A DNA stretch of 64,000 nt from an uncultured Mycoplasma sp. (lineage in GTDB: Bacteria; Bacillota_I; Bacilli_A; RF39; UBA660): NCBI GenBank assembly GCA_945915275.1, contig CAMEEZ010000002.1, positions 190 through 64,189 on the forward strand, in the 5' to 3' direction. Both the position numbers and the translations under genes were made by a program. The notes beneath the pieces were generated by a model. It made no database searches and was not told where the DNA came from. It saw only the letters and a list, made by a program, of their open reading frames with translations. Below, in pieces: positions 11,362 through 23,185 of this stretch; the stretch's first letter is position 1; every line of letters begins with the position of its first letter.

Positions 11362-12033
11362 ATGGAAATAGTAAAACCATGGGTTGAAATTGAAAATTAT
11401 AATCCAATTAAAATTATGAAAAATTTAGAAAGAGCTTGTAGGACATGTTATCGATCAGAGAACGCTATTAATGATGAAAGTTATAAAAAATTATTAATAA
11501 ATTGTATTAATAAAGGACATGAATCTATATTAGAACATGAAAAAATTACAATAAGGTTATTTTGTGATGTTGGTGCTTATAAAGATTTAACTAGACATCG
11601 AGTAGGTACAGCGTTTTCAATTGAATCAACCAGGTATTGTAATTATAGTAAAGATAAATTTACTAATAATATTAAATTTATAGATCCTATTTATATTACT
11701 GATTCTAAAAATTATGAGCTTTGGAAAGATGCTATGCAAAAGATAGAAGATTGTTATATTAAAATGGCTCAAAATGGAGCTAAAACTGATGAAATTAGGA
11801 TGATTCTTCCTCATTCGACAGCTGCTGAGGTTACTATGACATGTAATATAAGAGAATGGAAACATGTATTAAATTTAAGATGCAGTAAATTTGTTCATCC
11901 TTCTATTCGTCAATTATTAATTCCAGTACTATTAAGATTTAAAAAAGATATGCCAGAGATATTTGGCGATGTACCATATGATGAAAATTTCCCAAAAGAA
12001 TGGTATGCAAAAATCAATGAAGTAAGTGAGTAA
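11362..12033 (+). CDS. thyX: Flavin-dependent thymidylate synthase ThyX.
   Basis: RHRVGTAFSIESTRY (the ThyX RHRxxxxxxS motif). RBS AGGAG. Confidence 0.85.
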   Translation: MEIVKPWVEIENYNPIKIMKNLERACRTCYRSENAINDESYKKLLINCINKGHESILEHEKITIRLFCDVGAYKDLTRHRVGTAFSIESTRYCNYSKDKFTNNIKFIDPIYITDSKNYELWKDAMQKIEDCYIKMAQNGAKTDEIRMILPHSTAAEVTMTCNIREWKHVLNLRCSKFVHPSIRQLLIPVLLRFKKDMPEIFGDVPYDENFPKEWYAKINEVSE

Positions 12034-12036
12034 ATT

Positions 12037-12738
12037 ATGAAAAAAGGTAAAATAATTGTAGTTGAAGGAACAGATTGTTCCGGAAAAGAAACTCAAACAA
12101 GACTATTGGTAGAAAGATTGAAAAAAGATAACTATAAAGCTGAAAGATTATCATTTCCTATGTATGATTCTCCTACTGGGAAAATTATTGGTGCTTGTTT
12201 ACTGGGAAAAAAAGAAATGTGTAATGAATTACTTCTAAGTGATCATAGCTTTTTTCCCGAAGGTGGGGGAAATGTTGATCCGTTGACCGCTATTAATTTA
12301 TATGCCGCAGATAGAAGATATAATTTACCTAAAATAGAAGCTCTATTAAATGATGGATATATTGTTGTTTTGGATAGATATGTATCGAGCAATATGGCAC
12401 ATCGTGGAGGTTTAATTGAAGAAAAAGAAGAAAGACTCATTATGTATGATAAAATCCAAAAATTAGATTACGAAATTAATGGTTTACCCAAACCAGATAA
12501 AACATTATTACTATACCTTCCATATGAATATGCTTGTGAATTGAAAAAAAATAGATTAGAATCACCAGATGAAGCAGAGCGAAATTCTAATTATTTGAAA
12601 AAAGCTGAAAAAGCATATATAGAACTTGCAGAAATTTATAATTATGATATCATAGAATGCGTTTCTGATAATAAGATTAGAACTATTAATGAAATAAATG
12701 ATGAATTATATAAAAAAATAGTGGATGTGATTAAGTAA
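12037..12738 (+). CDS. tmk: Thymidylate kinase.
   Basis: [14 protein letters not shown]-loop and the DRY motif. Confidence 0.8.
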   Translation: MKKGKIIVVEGTDCSGKETQTRLLVERLKKDNYKAERLSFPMYDSPTGKIIGACLLGKKEMCNELLLSDHSFFPEGGGNVDPLTAINLYAADRRYNLPKIEALLNDGYIVVLDRYVSSNMAHRGGLIEEKEERLIMYDKIQKLDYEINGLPKPDKTLLLYLPYEYACELKKNRLESPDEAERNSNYLKKAEKAYIELAEIYNYDIIECVSDNKIRTINEINDELYKKIVDVIK

Positions 12739-13772
12739 TGAATGTTGAAGAATATAATTATGATTTGCCAAAAGAATTAATTGCTCAAACACCTATTTTA
12801 AACCGTGATGAATCAAAATTATTGGTGCTTGACAAGGATACAGGGAAAATTAATCATGAAATTTTTAAAAATATAATAAATTATTTAGATAATAATACAA
12901 TATTGGTCTTAAATGATACTAAAGTAATACCTGCGAGATTAATTGGCGAAAAAGAAGATACTAAAGCAATGATTGAAATTTTATTATTAAAAGATTTAGG
13001 AGATAATACATGGGAATGTCTTTCAAAGCCTGCTAAAAGGCTTCATGTTGGTACAGTAATTTGCTTTGGAGATGGTTCTTTAAAAGCTGAGGTTATAAAA
13101 AAAATGGATGAAGGAATTATCCATGTTAAACTACTATATGATGGTATATTAATGGAAATATTAGAAAAACTTGGAACAATGCCTCTTCCTCCATATATTA
13201 AAGAAAAACTTGAAGATCAATCACGATATCAAACTGTTTATGCTAAAAATATTGGAAGTGCTGCAGCTCCAACTGCAGGGTTACACTTTACTAATGAGTT
13301 ATTAGAATCTTTAAAAAAGAAAGGCATCACTATTTGTTATGTAACTTTACATGTTGGATTAGGTACATTTAGACCAATTGAAGTTGAAAATATATTAGAA
13401 CACCATATGCATTCAGAGTATTATCACATGAATAAAGAAACTGCAGATATATTAAATAATGCCAAAAAAGAGAATAAAAAAATTGTTGCTGTTGGTACAA
13501 CAACTACTAGAGTTTTGGAAACTATTGTTTCAAAATATAATAAATTTGTAGAATGCAGTGGAAATACGGATATTTTTATTTATCCTGGTTATGAATTTAA
13601 GGGAATAGATGCTTTAATAACTAATTTTCATTTGCCTAAAAGTACTTTGTTAATGTTAGTTAGTGCATTAGCTGGAAAAGACAAAATATTAAAGGCATAT
13701 AAAGAAGCTATTTCAAATAATTATCGATTTTTCTCTTTTGGCGATGCTATGTTTATTAATACAAAAAAATAA
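12738..13772 (+). CDS. queA: S-adenosylmethionine:tRNA ribosyltransferase-isomerase QueA.
   Basis: [11 protein letters not shown]-terminus, ~344 aa, adjacent to tgt. Confidence 0.85.
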   Translation: MNVEEYNYDLPKELIAQTPILNRDESKLLVLDKDTGKINHEIFKNIINYLDNNTILVLNDTKVIPARLIGEKEDTKAMIEILLLKDLGDNTWECLSKPAKRLHVGTVICFGDGSLKAEVIKKMDEGIIHVKLLYDGILMEILEKLGTMPLPPYIKEKLEDQSRYQTVYAKNIGSAAAPTAGLHFTNELLESLKKKGITICYVTLHVGLGTFRPIEVENILEHHMHSEYYHMNKETADILNNAKKENKKIVAVGTTTTRVLETIVSKYNKFVECSGNTDIFIYPGYEFKGIDALITNFHLPKSTLLMLVSALAGKDKILKAYKEAISNNYRFFSFGDAMFINTKK

Positions 13773-13791
13773 ATGGATAATTGATATTCAT

Positions 13792-14364
13792 TTATTTTTT
13801 TAATCCATTTTCAATTTCTTGTTCAGCTAATTTAGTTGAATATGTTAAAAATGATTGTTCATCTAAAATTAATTTTAAATAGAAAAATCCATTATAATAT
13901 AGTGTCATAATCTTTTTGGCTTTAGAATAATTACTAGCAGAAATTAAGAAAGATGAAGTATCGTTAGTTAATGTCCTGATAATATCATTCCAATATTTGA
14001 ATAATTTGTTCTCAGGATCAATACTTCTTATAACAAATAATATTTTTTCAGCATCATTATTTAATTGAATAGATTTACTGACTTTTTGTGATTTCATTTT
14101 ATTATCTTCTTCGACTATAGAATAAGTTACTAATGAAAGAACATTATTTTTACAAGATAATAGTTTTTGAACAGAAGTCTCAAAACGATTTTCAATTGCT
14201 TTATCATAATTATCATTTTCATGTATTCCACGATATATATCAGCAAATTCAAAAATTTCTTTACCTCTTTCTGGTGTAATAGTATCTAGTTCGCTACGAT
14301 CTAAATTTTCATAATATTCTTTACAAATCTCCAAAACTGATTTATTATCATTTGATTTTTCCAC
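13792..14364 (-). CDS. Hypothetical protein of 190 aa, inserted on the opposite strand between queA and tgt.
   Basis: Clean ORF with no recognisable motif. Confidence 0.4.
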   Translation of the reverse strand: MEKSNDNKSVLEICKEYYENLDRSELDTITPERGKEIFEFADIYRGIHENDNYDKAIENRFETSVQKLLSCKNNVLSLVTYSIVEEDNKMKSQKVSKSIQLNNDAEKILFVIRSIDPENKLFKYWNDIIRTLTNDTSSFLISASNYSKAKKIMTLYYNGFFYLKLILDEQSFLTYSTKLAEQEIENGLKK

Positions 14365-14470
14365 ACTTTTTCCCTCCTTAAATAGAATGCTATATTAACA
14401 CATATAGAGTATATTTGTCAATTTTGACTATAACTTTTTAGTTTGCCATGGTATAATTTTTAAGAAATGA

Positions 14471-15908
<1,438 letters not shown>

Positions 15909-15910
15909 TT

Positions 15911-16276
15911 CTATTTTTTATTTTTTCCAAATATTGCCCCAAAAATACTGACTAAACCAAGAATTAAATAATATATTAAATTAGAAACTTTAAAATCATA
16001 ATCAAATAATATTAAACTTAGCAAAAATATTATAATAATTAATAATATTCCTACTTTTAATCCTTCAATAAAACCTTTTTTATCGGTTTTTTTCCCATGA
16101 ATAAAGCCATACATAAAAAATAAGGACACTTGAAATATTAATGTTATGATTGAAGTAATGTTTTTAGATATGCCAATCAAATTAAGTAAGGATGTAATTA
16201 TGCAAAATATTATAATTATACTTAAAAATATACCTGTTTTTTTTAAATAACTAATAAATGTTTTCAATATGATCAC
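15911..16276 (-). CDS. Small polytopic membrane protein.
   Basis: Hydrophobic ORF of 121 aa. Confidence 0.35.
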   Translation of the reverse strand: MIILKTFISYLKKTGIFLSIIIIFCIITSLLNLIGISKNITSIITLIFQVSLFFMYGFIHGKKTDKKGFIEGLKVGILLIIIIFLLSLILFDYDFKVSNLIYYLILGLVSIFGAIFGKNKK

Positions 16277-16341
16277 CTAATTAATTATATGTAATGACTA
16301 AAATATTATGTTTTTTAACATAATAAATATAGGTGATATAA

Positions 16342-16986
16342 ATGGAACTTCTAATAGTAATGTATAGAACTGCATTCTTTTATTTTTTTGTAATAATCGC
16401 TTATCGTATTATGGGTAAAAGAGAAATTGGCCAATTAGGTATTATTGATTTAATTGTTTCAATTATGATTGCTGAACTTGTAGCCATGAGTATTGAAAAT
16501 AAAAATGAATCTATCTTTTTAACAATAATGCCAATAATTATTTTAGTTGTTTTAGAAATTAGTTTGGCTTTTATATCAATAAAATCCAAAAGTTTTAGAA
16601 ACTTTTTAGATGGAAAACCATCATTAATAATTAGTAATGGACATATTAATTATCATGAAATGATTAAACAAAGATATAGTTTAGATGATTTATTAATTAA
16701 TCTTAGACAAAATGAAGTTAGAAATATTGATGAAGTAGAATTTGCTATTTTAGAACCAAATGGCAAATTATCAGTATTTAAATATAAACCTTTTAAAATA
16801 AAAGGAAGTTATCCTATGCCACTAATTTTAGATGGCTCATTACAAGAAAAAACTTTAAAACATGTAAAAAAATCTAAAAGTTGGTTATTAAAAGAATTAG
16901 AAAACAAAAATTTAGAATTATCGGATATTTTCTATGCTTTTTATAAATCAAATAAGATATATATAATTAAAAAGAGTAATTTGTAG
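16342..16986 (+). CDS. DUF421 (YetF-like) membrane protein.
   Basis: N-terminus ...RIMGKREIGQLGIIDLIVSIMIAELVA is characteristic of DUF421. Confidence 0.6.
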   Translation: MELLIVMYRTAFFYFFVIIAYRIMGKREIGQLGIIDLIVSIMIAELVAMSIENKNESIFLTIMPIIILVVLEISLAFISIKSKSFRNFLDGKPSLIISNGHINYHEMIKQRYSLDDLLINLRQNEVRNIDEVEFAILEPNGKLSVFKYKPFKIKGSYPMPLILDGSLQEKTLKHVKKSKSWLLKELENKNLELSDIFYAFYKSNKIYIIKKSNL

Positions 16987-18262
16987 TTTTATTGTATACT
17001 TCTTTATATGAAATAAAAGTAACAAATAAGATATTAATAATTTCGGCATAAACTAAGGCTAATACACCACATTTTAAATACGAAAATAAGGACATGGTTG
17101 CAAGTTTAATTATTACCCCTAAAGTTGATATTTTTAAAGCAACTTTAGCCTCATTCATTGCTTGAAGAGCGCTATTTAAAGGGCCTTCCAAATAAAATAA
17201 AACAAAAAAGGGTGCTAATATTTTAATGTATTCTGAACCATTTGTAGTATGATACAAAATTTTTAATAGATTATTTCTAAAAATATAAATAAATGATGAG
17301 AATAAAATTCCAATTACTAGAGATATTATAAGAGCTTGGTTTATTCTTCTTTTAACAAATTTTTTATTGTCTTTGCTATAATATTTACTTATTTCAGGGA
17401 TTAAGGCGCTAGATATTGCCATTATAAAAAATGAAGGTAAAGTAAGCGTTGCAATAGCATATGCATTATACGCTCCATATTCCGTAATGATGTAGTTACT
17501 AGAAAATCCTTTATATAATAAAATATTCGTTAATAAAATAGGTTCAAAGAAAAAGCCAATATTTCCAATTAATCTTGAAGAAACACTTGGAATTGTAATT
17601 TTAAGAATATCCTTACATATTTTTTTATCAGGAAAGCATATTTCCTTATTTTTTGTTTTTCCTAAAAACAAACAAAAGACCAATATAGATAATGATTCAG
17701 AAAAAACATTTAAAATTATTAATCCTGTAATAGCCAAAATTAGATTTATGGATACTAATTTTGGCATAAATAAAATGATTAAGATGATTCTTAATATCTG
17801 TTCAGCAATATTAGATATTGTATTTGGAATCATATTTTGTTTTCCTAAAAAATATCCCTTTAAAATACTTGTTGTACTTATAAAAGGAATTGTTATAACA
17901 ATAGCCACAAACAAATTTTCAATTCTTGGCTCATTTAATAATTTAGCGCTTACAATATTTTTGACAGCTAATATAATTAGTATTAGGACAATATTAATAG
18001 CCATAATAAGAATGAATGCTGAACTTAATATTTTTCTATTGTCATATTTATTTTCTGCTACAAGTTTTGATATAGCTATCGGAAGGGCTAATGTTGCTAT
18101 TGTTATTATTAATGAATATGATGGTATTATAAGAGAATATAGACTAACTCCTTCAGGGCCAATTTCTCTAGTATATAAAATTTTTATAATAAATCCTAAA
18201 ATTTTGGTAATACAGCCCCCAATTATTAAGATTAATGTTGATTTAATAAATTTATTATTCAA
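16967..18262 (-). CDS. spoVB: Stage V sporulation protein B-like MOP/MurJ-family flippase.
   Basis: N-terminal LILI.G..TK.LGF...LYTREIGPEGVSLY...LALPIAISKLVAE and ..ILKGYFLGKQNM closely track B. subtilis SpoVB. Same position relative to tgt as in B. subtilis. Confidence 0.65.
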   Translation of the reverse strand: MNNKFIKSTLILIIGGCITKILGFIIKILYTREIGPEGVSLYSLIIPSYSLIITIATLALPIAISKLVAENKYDNRKILSSAFILIMAINIVLILIILAVKNIVSAKLLNEPRIENLFVAIVITIPFISTTSILKGYFLGKQNMIPNTISNIAEQILRIILIILFMPKLVSINLILAITGLIILNVFSESLSILVFCLFLGKTKNKEICFPDKKICKDILKITIPSVSSRLIGNIGFFFEPILLTNILLYKGFSSNYIITEYGAYNAYAIATLTLPSFFIMAISSALIPEISKYYSKDNKKFVKRRINQALIISLVIGILFSSFIYIFRNNLLKILYHTTNGSEYIKILAPFFVLFYLEGPLNSALQAMNEAKVALKISTLGVIIKLATMSLFSYLKCGVLALVYAEIINILFVTFISYKEVYNKTTNYSF

Positions 18263-18338
18263 TATATATCACCTTTAAAATATATTCAAAATGTTATATA
18301 ATAAATATATGTAAAATGAATTATTTTAGGTGATGATA

Positions 18339-18620
18339 ATGGAAGAAATTAAATTTCGTAATTTAAACGAGTTATATAATAGAATCTTTCCCGCTTTAGA
18401 ATCAAAAAGAAAAGAACTTCATCAAAATGGTATGATATACATTCACGAAGAAGATATTTGGAATTGTTGTAAAGATATAATTTGGAATGATAGTAAAAAT
18501 TTAGGTTTATATAATATGGTAGATGATATCTTAAATACAGATAATTCTGTTTTTGATAATTATCTAAAAAATATTGTTGCTAATAAGCATAGAGAAATAA
18601 ATAAGGATGAGTTAGAATGA
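18339..18620 (+). CDS. Small hypothetical protein (~94 aa) whose stop overlaps the relA start (ATGA).
   Basis: AGGTGA RBS and translational coupling to relA. Confidence 0.4.
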   Translation: MEEIKFRNLNELYNRIFPALESKRKELHQNGMIYIHEEDIWNCCKDIIWNDSKNLGLYNMVDDILNTDNSVFDNYLKNIVANKHREINKDELE

Positions 18621-20764
18621 ATGACAAGCAAATTACATATGAAAAATTTATAGAAAAAGTTGAAAAAGTTTATCATGATAGTGAAACTTTAGATAAAATA
18701 CAAGCAGCTTATCTTTATGCTGAGAAAGAACATAAAGGTAGAAAAAGATTAACAAACGAGGATTATATTACACATCCTTTAAATGTTGCGAATATTCTTC
18801 TTGATTTAAATGTAGATGCTACAACAATAATTGGAGCGTTGTTACATGAAACAATTAATAATGGTGAATCAAATGAAGAAGAATTAGAAAAACTATTTGG
18901 AAAAGAAGTTAAAAATATTGTTGCATCAATTTCTAAAATAAATAGATTAGAATTACAAGATGAATCAGATTATTCAGCAGTTTATTTAAGAAAAGTTCTA
19001 GTTGGATTATCAGAAGATGTAAGAATCTTGTATGTAAAATTAGCAGATCGCCTCCATAATATGCGGACTATTTGGGCTGTTAATGAAAAAAAACAAAAGA
19101 GAAAAGCAAACGAAACTATGGCAGTTTTAATTCCAATTGCCCATAGATTAGGAATTAATTCCATTAAAAGTGAGTTAGAAGACATTTGCCTTCGTATTAC
19201 AAAACCTGATGTATATAAGGATATAGAAGAGAAACTAGCCAATTCTCGTACAGAATTAAATGATTGTTTAGAAGAAATGAAAGATGAAATAACTGATATT
19301 TTAGCTGAACATGGTCTTCAGTTTGAAATAAAAGGTCGTGTTAAAAGTGTTTATAGCATTTATAATAAATTAAGTAATGGAAAAAAGTGGAATGATATAT
19401 ATGATTTTTTGGCATTAAGAGTTATTTTAGAAAAAGAAAATGATTGTTATTTAGCAGTAGGTTTAATTCATTCAAAGTTTAGACCAATTCCAAAACGTTT
19501 TAAAGATTATATTGCAATGCCAAAACAAAATATGTACCAATCATTGCATACTACTGTTTTTGGTGTTGATGGTAGATTATTTGAAGTTCAATTTAGAACT
19601 TTTGAAATGGATGAAATTGCTGAAAAAGGTTTAGCTTCACATTGGTCATACAAAGAAAAAGGAACCAAAAAAGTTCAAGATATAATGGAGCAAAAATTAG
19701 AAATGTTTAGAAATATCATTGAAGCTAATGAAAATGAAGAAAATGATACTGCTTTTGCCACAGAAATTTCAAATAGTTTTTTAGGCGAAATGATTTATGT
19801 CTTTACCCCAAAAGGTGATGTTGTAGAACTTCCTAAGGGATCTACACCAATTGATTTTGCTTATCGAATTCATTCTGATATTGGTGATAAGACTACAGGA
19901 GCAATTGTTAATGATGTTATGGTTCCATTGACATACGAACTTCAAGATAGTGATATTGTTAAAATAAAAACTAATAATAACGCTAAACCAAATAAAGATT
20001 GGTTAAATTCGGTTAAAACTAGTCAAGCTAGAAATAAAATAAAAGCGTATTTCAGCAAACAAGATAGAGCAATGTATATTGATAAAGGAAAAGAATTTTT
20101 TGAAAAAGAATTACGCAAAAGAAAACTCATATTTAGTGAGGTTTTAAGTGATAAAAATATTGAAAAAATTTGTAAAGATCTAAAACTTAAAGATGTTGAA
20201 GATATTTATTTATCAATTGGTTCATTAAGATATACTGCAGGATATATAATTAATTTAACTAATGAAGAAAAAGAAAACGTTTCAGATGCTCTTATTGAAA
20301 AGATGACAAATAATACATATTATAAAAAGAAAGAAAATTATAAGAGTGATATTATTGTTTCAGGCACAGATGATATTTTAGTAACTTTAGCGAAATGTTG
20401 TCATCCAATAAAAGGAGATAATATTATTGGTTATATAACTAAAGGAGAAGGCATTGTTGTTCATAAAGACAATTGTTCTAATATAAAAAACAAATCTGAG
20501 CGACTTGTTGATGTAACTTGGAATGAATCAACTGCAAATACTTATTTTAGTACATTAAATGTTGAGGTAGAGGAAGGTAAAAACTATTTATTAGATATTT
20601 TAACTCTTGCTTCAATGAAAAATATTATTATAGATTCAGCTAAAACTATCAATTTAAATAATAAAGTGAAATATGAAATTGTAGTTAAAGTAAAAAATAA
20701 TGATGAATTAAATAAATTAAAATTAGAGATAGAAAAGCAAAAATTTGTTATAAAGGTGAGTTAA
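18617..20764 (+). CDS. relA: Long RSH (RelA/SpoT-family) (p)ppGpp synthetase. The hydrolase-domain catalytic residues are substituted.
   Basis: Synthetase motifs RVKSVYSIYNKL, DFLALRVIL, YQSLHTTV and EVQFRT are present, plus TGS and ACT regions. In the HD domain, LLHETINNG replaces the canonical LLHDVVEDT. Confidence 0.85.
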   Translation: MNDKQITYEKFIEKVEKVYHDSETLDKIQAAYLYAEKEHKGRKRLTNEDYITHPLNVANILLDLNVDATTIIGALLHETINNGESNEEELEKLFGKEVKNIVASISKINRLELQDESDYSAVYLRKVLVGLSEDVRILYVKLADRLHNMRTIWAVNEKKQKRKANETMAVLIPIAHRLGINSIKSELEDICLRITKPDVYKDIEEKLANSRTELNDCLEEMKDEITDILAEHGLQFEIKGRVKSVYSIYNKLSNGKKWNDIYDFLALRVILEKENDCYLAVGLIHSKFRPIPKRFKDYIAMPKQNMYQSLHTTVFGVDGRLFEVQFRTFEMDEIAEKGLASHWSYKEKGTKKVQDIMEQKLEMFRNIIEANENEENDTAFATEISNSFLGEMIYVFTPKGDVVELPKGSTPIDFAYRIHSDIGDKTTGAIVNDVMVPLTYELQDSDIVKIKTNNNAKPNKDWLNSVKTSQARNKIKAYFSKQDRAMYIDKGKEFFEKELRKRKLIFSEVLSDKNIEKICKDLKLKDVEDIYLSIGSLRYTAGYIINLTNEEKENVSDALIEKMTNNTYYKKKENYKSDIIVSGTDDILVTLAKCCHPIKGDNIIGYITKGEGIVVHKDNCSNIKNKSERLVDVTWNESTANTYFSTLNVEVEEGKNYLLDILTLASMKNIIIDSAKTINLNNKVKYEIVVKVKNNDELNKLKLEIEKQKFVIKVS

Positions 20765-21198
20765 TGAAAGTTGTTGTGCAAAAAACTAAAAATGCCTCAG
20801 TAATTATCAATAAAAATGTTTACAATGAGATTTCTTCAGGTTTAGTTTTATTAGTTGGCTTTACTGAAGGAGATTCTTCGGAAAAAATTGCTTATATGGC
20901 AAAAAAAATAGCAAACTTAAGAATTTTTGAAGATGAAAATAATGTTATGAATAAATCAATTTTAGATGTTGGTGGAGAAGTCCTTTCAATCAGTCAATTT
21001 ACTCTATATGGTGATGCTTCGAAAGGGAATAGACCATCCTATATAAAAGCTTTAAACGGAAATGTTGCTACAAAGCTATATGATGGTTTTAATAGTGAAT
21101 TAAGTAAATATGTCAAAGTTAAGACTGGTGTTTTTGGGGCAGATATGCAAGTAAATTTAATAAATGATGGGCCATGTACAATTATCTTAGAAAAATAA
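20764..21198 (+). CDS. dtd: D-aminoacyl-tRNA deacylase.
   Basis: MKVVVQ..., SQFTLYGD, RPS motifs and ~144 aa. It follows relA as in B. subtilis. Confidence 0.85.
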   Translation: MKVVVQKTKNASVIINKNVYNEISSGLVLLVGFTEGDSSEKIAYMAKKIANLRIFEDENNVMNKSILDVGGEVLSISQFTLYGDASKGNRPSYIKALNGNVATKLYDGFNSELSKYVKVKTGVFGADMQVNLINDGPCTIILEK

Positions 21199-21283
21199 TT
21201 AAATAACCTATCATTGAAATTAAATATATGATTTTAGTTTAAATCAATAAAAATTAAGTTATAATTTAAATTAGGTGATTGTT

Positions 21284-21634
21284 TTGAAAGTAATTATAAT
21301 ATTAATAATTAGCTTATTTTTGATTGGCTGTGAAAATAATTATAAGGAAAAACCTAATGATAATACAGAATTAAGAAATATTATTTTAGAAAATAATTAT
21401 ATTATTGTTGATGTTAGGAATGAAGAAGAATATAATGAAGGCCATTTAAAAAATGCTTTAAATATTCCTTATAATGAAATAAATGATAAAATAAATTTAG
21501 ATAAGAATAAAACTATTTTAGTTTATTGCAAAAGTGGTAATCGTAGTAGTATTGCTGACAATAAATTAACGAATCTTGGATATAAAGTTTATGATTTAGG
21601 AGCATACGATAATATAAATTTACCTAAAGAATAA
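21284..21634 (+). CDS. Rhodanese-domain lipoprotein.
   Basis: TTG start after AGGTGA. Signal peptide with lipobox LIGC. Rhodanese active-site YCKSGNRS. Confidence 0.6.
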   Translation: MKVIIILIISLFLIGCENNYKEKPNDNTELRNIILENNYIIVDVRNEEEYNEGHLKNALNIPYNEINDKINLDKNKTILVYCKSGNRSSIADNKLTNLGYKVYDLGAYDNINLPKE

Positions 21635-21653
21635 GATTTTAAGTCCATATTTA

Positions 21654-21682
21654 TTGACTAAAAGATAAAAATGAATTAAAAT
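21654..21682 (+). promoter_or_regulatory. Sigma-A-like promoter for the hisS leader.
   Basis: TTGACT, a 17-nt spacer, then TAAAAT. Confidence 0.4.
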
Positions 21683-21689
21683 ACAAATA

Positions 21690-21895
21690 GAATTAAAATT
21701 CTATGTAAAGACCAAGTAATTTATTTAAAATATTGAAGAGAAGGTTAGTTGCTGAAAATACCTATATGAGTGATAAATGAAAGAACATCTTTATAAAAAT
21801 AGAATCGCAGAAATGCGTTATAATTAAGAGAGTACCTAGTAAAGTAAGGTGGCACCGCGGAAATTTCGTCCTTACATGAACTAGGTTTTTTTATT
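21690..21895 (+). ncRNA. T-box riboswitch leader upstream of hisS.
   Basis: Conserved T-box sequence AAAGTAAGGTGGCACCGCGG (21841-21860). It is flanked by complementary GTAAGG/CCTTAC and ACCTAGT/ACTAGGT arms, followed by a U-run (GGTTTTTTT), then the RBS. Confidence 0.8.
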
Positions 21896-21901
21896 GAAAG
21901 G

Positions 21902-23176
21902 ATGAAAAAAATGATAACTAAACCAAAGGGAACATATGATATTTATGGAAAAAATACAAAGAAATGGCAATTTTTAAACAAAATGATTGATGAATTCTGT
22001 TTATGTTATAATTATGAGTATATAAGGACTCCTATATTTGAAAATAGCGAATTATATCATAGAACTGTAGGAGAATCGAGTGATATTGTAACTAAAGAAA
22101 CTTATGATTTTAATGATCGCTCAAATAGAAAGCTAACTTTAAGACCCGAAGGAACTGCTGGAGTCGTTCGTAGTTTTATAGAAAATAAGATGTACGGGGA
22201 AGCACAATTACCAAAAAAATTATATTATAATGGGACAATGTATCGATATGAAAGGCCTCAATCAGGACGAAATAGAGAATTTACACAATTTGGAATAGAG
22301 GTTTTAGGAACATATGATGCGATTATGGATGCAGAAGTTATTTCTATGGGATATAGATTTTTAGAAGAATTGAATATCCCGGATATAACAGTAAATATAA
22401 ATTCTTTAGGAGATAAAGAATCTCGAGAAAATTATAAAAAAGCCTTAATTGAATATTTAGAACCTCATATTAATGAATTATGTCCTGATTGTCAAAATAG
22501 ATTTAAAACAAACCCATTAAGAATTTTAGATTGTAAATTTGATGCCAATCATGAAGTTTTAAAAAATGTACCAGTAATTTTAGATTATTTAAACGACGAT
22601 AGTAAGAAAAGATTTAATGAAGTTATTAAATATTTAGACTTGTTGGATGTCGATTATGAAATAAATCCAAATATTGTTAGAGGTTTAGATTATTATAATC
22701 ATACTGTTTTTGAATTTTGTGCAGAAGTTTCAGAACTAGGAAATGCTAATACCTTAGGGGCAGGTGGAAGATATAATAATTTAGTTAAAGAATTGGATGG
22801 ACCTGAGACTCCTGGGATTGGCTGGGCATTTGGTTTGGATAGAATAATTACTATCATGGATACTTTAGAAATTGAGCCAAGGGTAAATGATGGTATAGAT
22901 GTGTTTGTTATGTATGTTAATGAAGAAGAAAAGTTACATGCAATTTCTTTAGTCCAAGATTTAAGAATGTCAGGTTTAATTTGTGAAACTGAAAATTTAG
23001 GACGTGGATTAAAAGCACAATTTAAACAAGCTGATAGATTAAAAGCAAAACAATTAGTAATATTAAATAGTGAAGACTTAAAATTGGGCTTAATTAATGT
23101 TAAAGATAATATTACTAAAGAAGAGACAAAATTAGATGAAAAAGAAATATTAGAATATTTAATATCAAATTGTTAA
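21902..23176 (+). CDS. hisS: Histidine--tRNA ligase.
   Basis: Class II motifs (..LRPEGTAGVVR.., FEF.., GGRYNNL). Confidence 0.9.
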   Translation: MKKMITKPKGTYDIYGKNTKKWQFLNKMIDEFCLCYNYEYIRTPIFENSELYHRTVGESSDIVTKETYDFNDRSNRKLTLRPEGTAGVVRSFIENKMYGEAQLPKKLYYNGTMYRYERPQSGRNREFTQFGIEVLGTYDAIMDAEVISMGYRFLEELNIPDITVNINSLGDKESRENYKKALIEYLEPHINELCPDCQNRFKTNPLRILDCKFDANHEVLKNVPVILDYLNDDSKKRFNEVIKYLDLLDVDYEINPNIVRGLDYYNHTVFEFCAEVSELGNANTLGAGGRYNNLVKELDGPETPGIGWAFGLDRIITIMDTLEIEPRVNDGIDVFVMYVNEEEKLHAISLVQDLRMSGLICETENLGRGLKAQFKQADRLKAKQLVILNSEDLKLGLINVKDNITKEETKLDEKEILEYLISNC

Positions 23177-23185
23177 GGAGAAATT

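Noticed and set aside
17748-18278. 176-aa plus-strand ORF antisense to spoVB.
   Set aside because: It sits within the strongly supported SpoVB gene and is a hydrophobic mirror-frame artefact.
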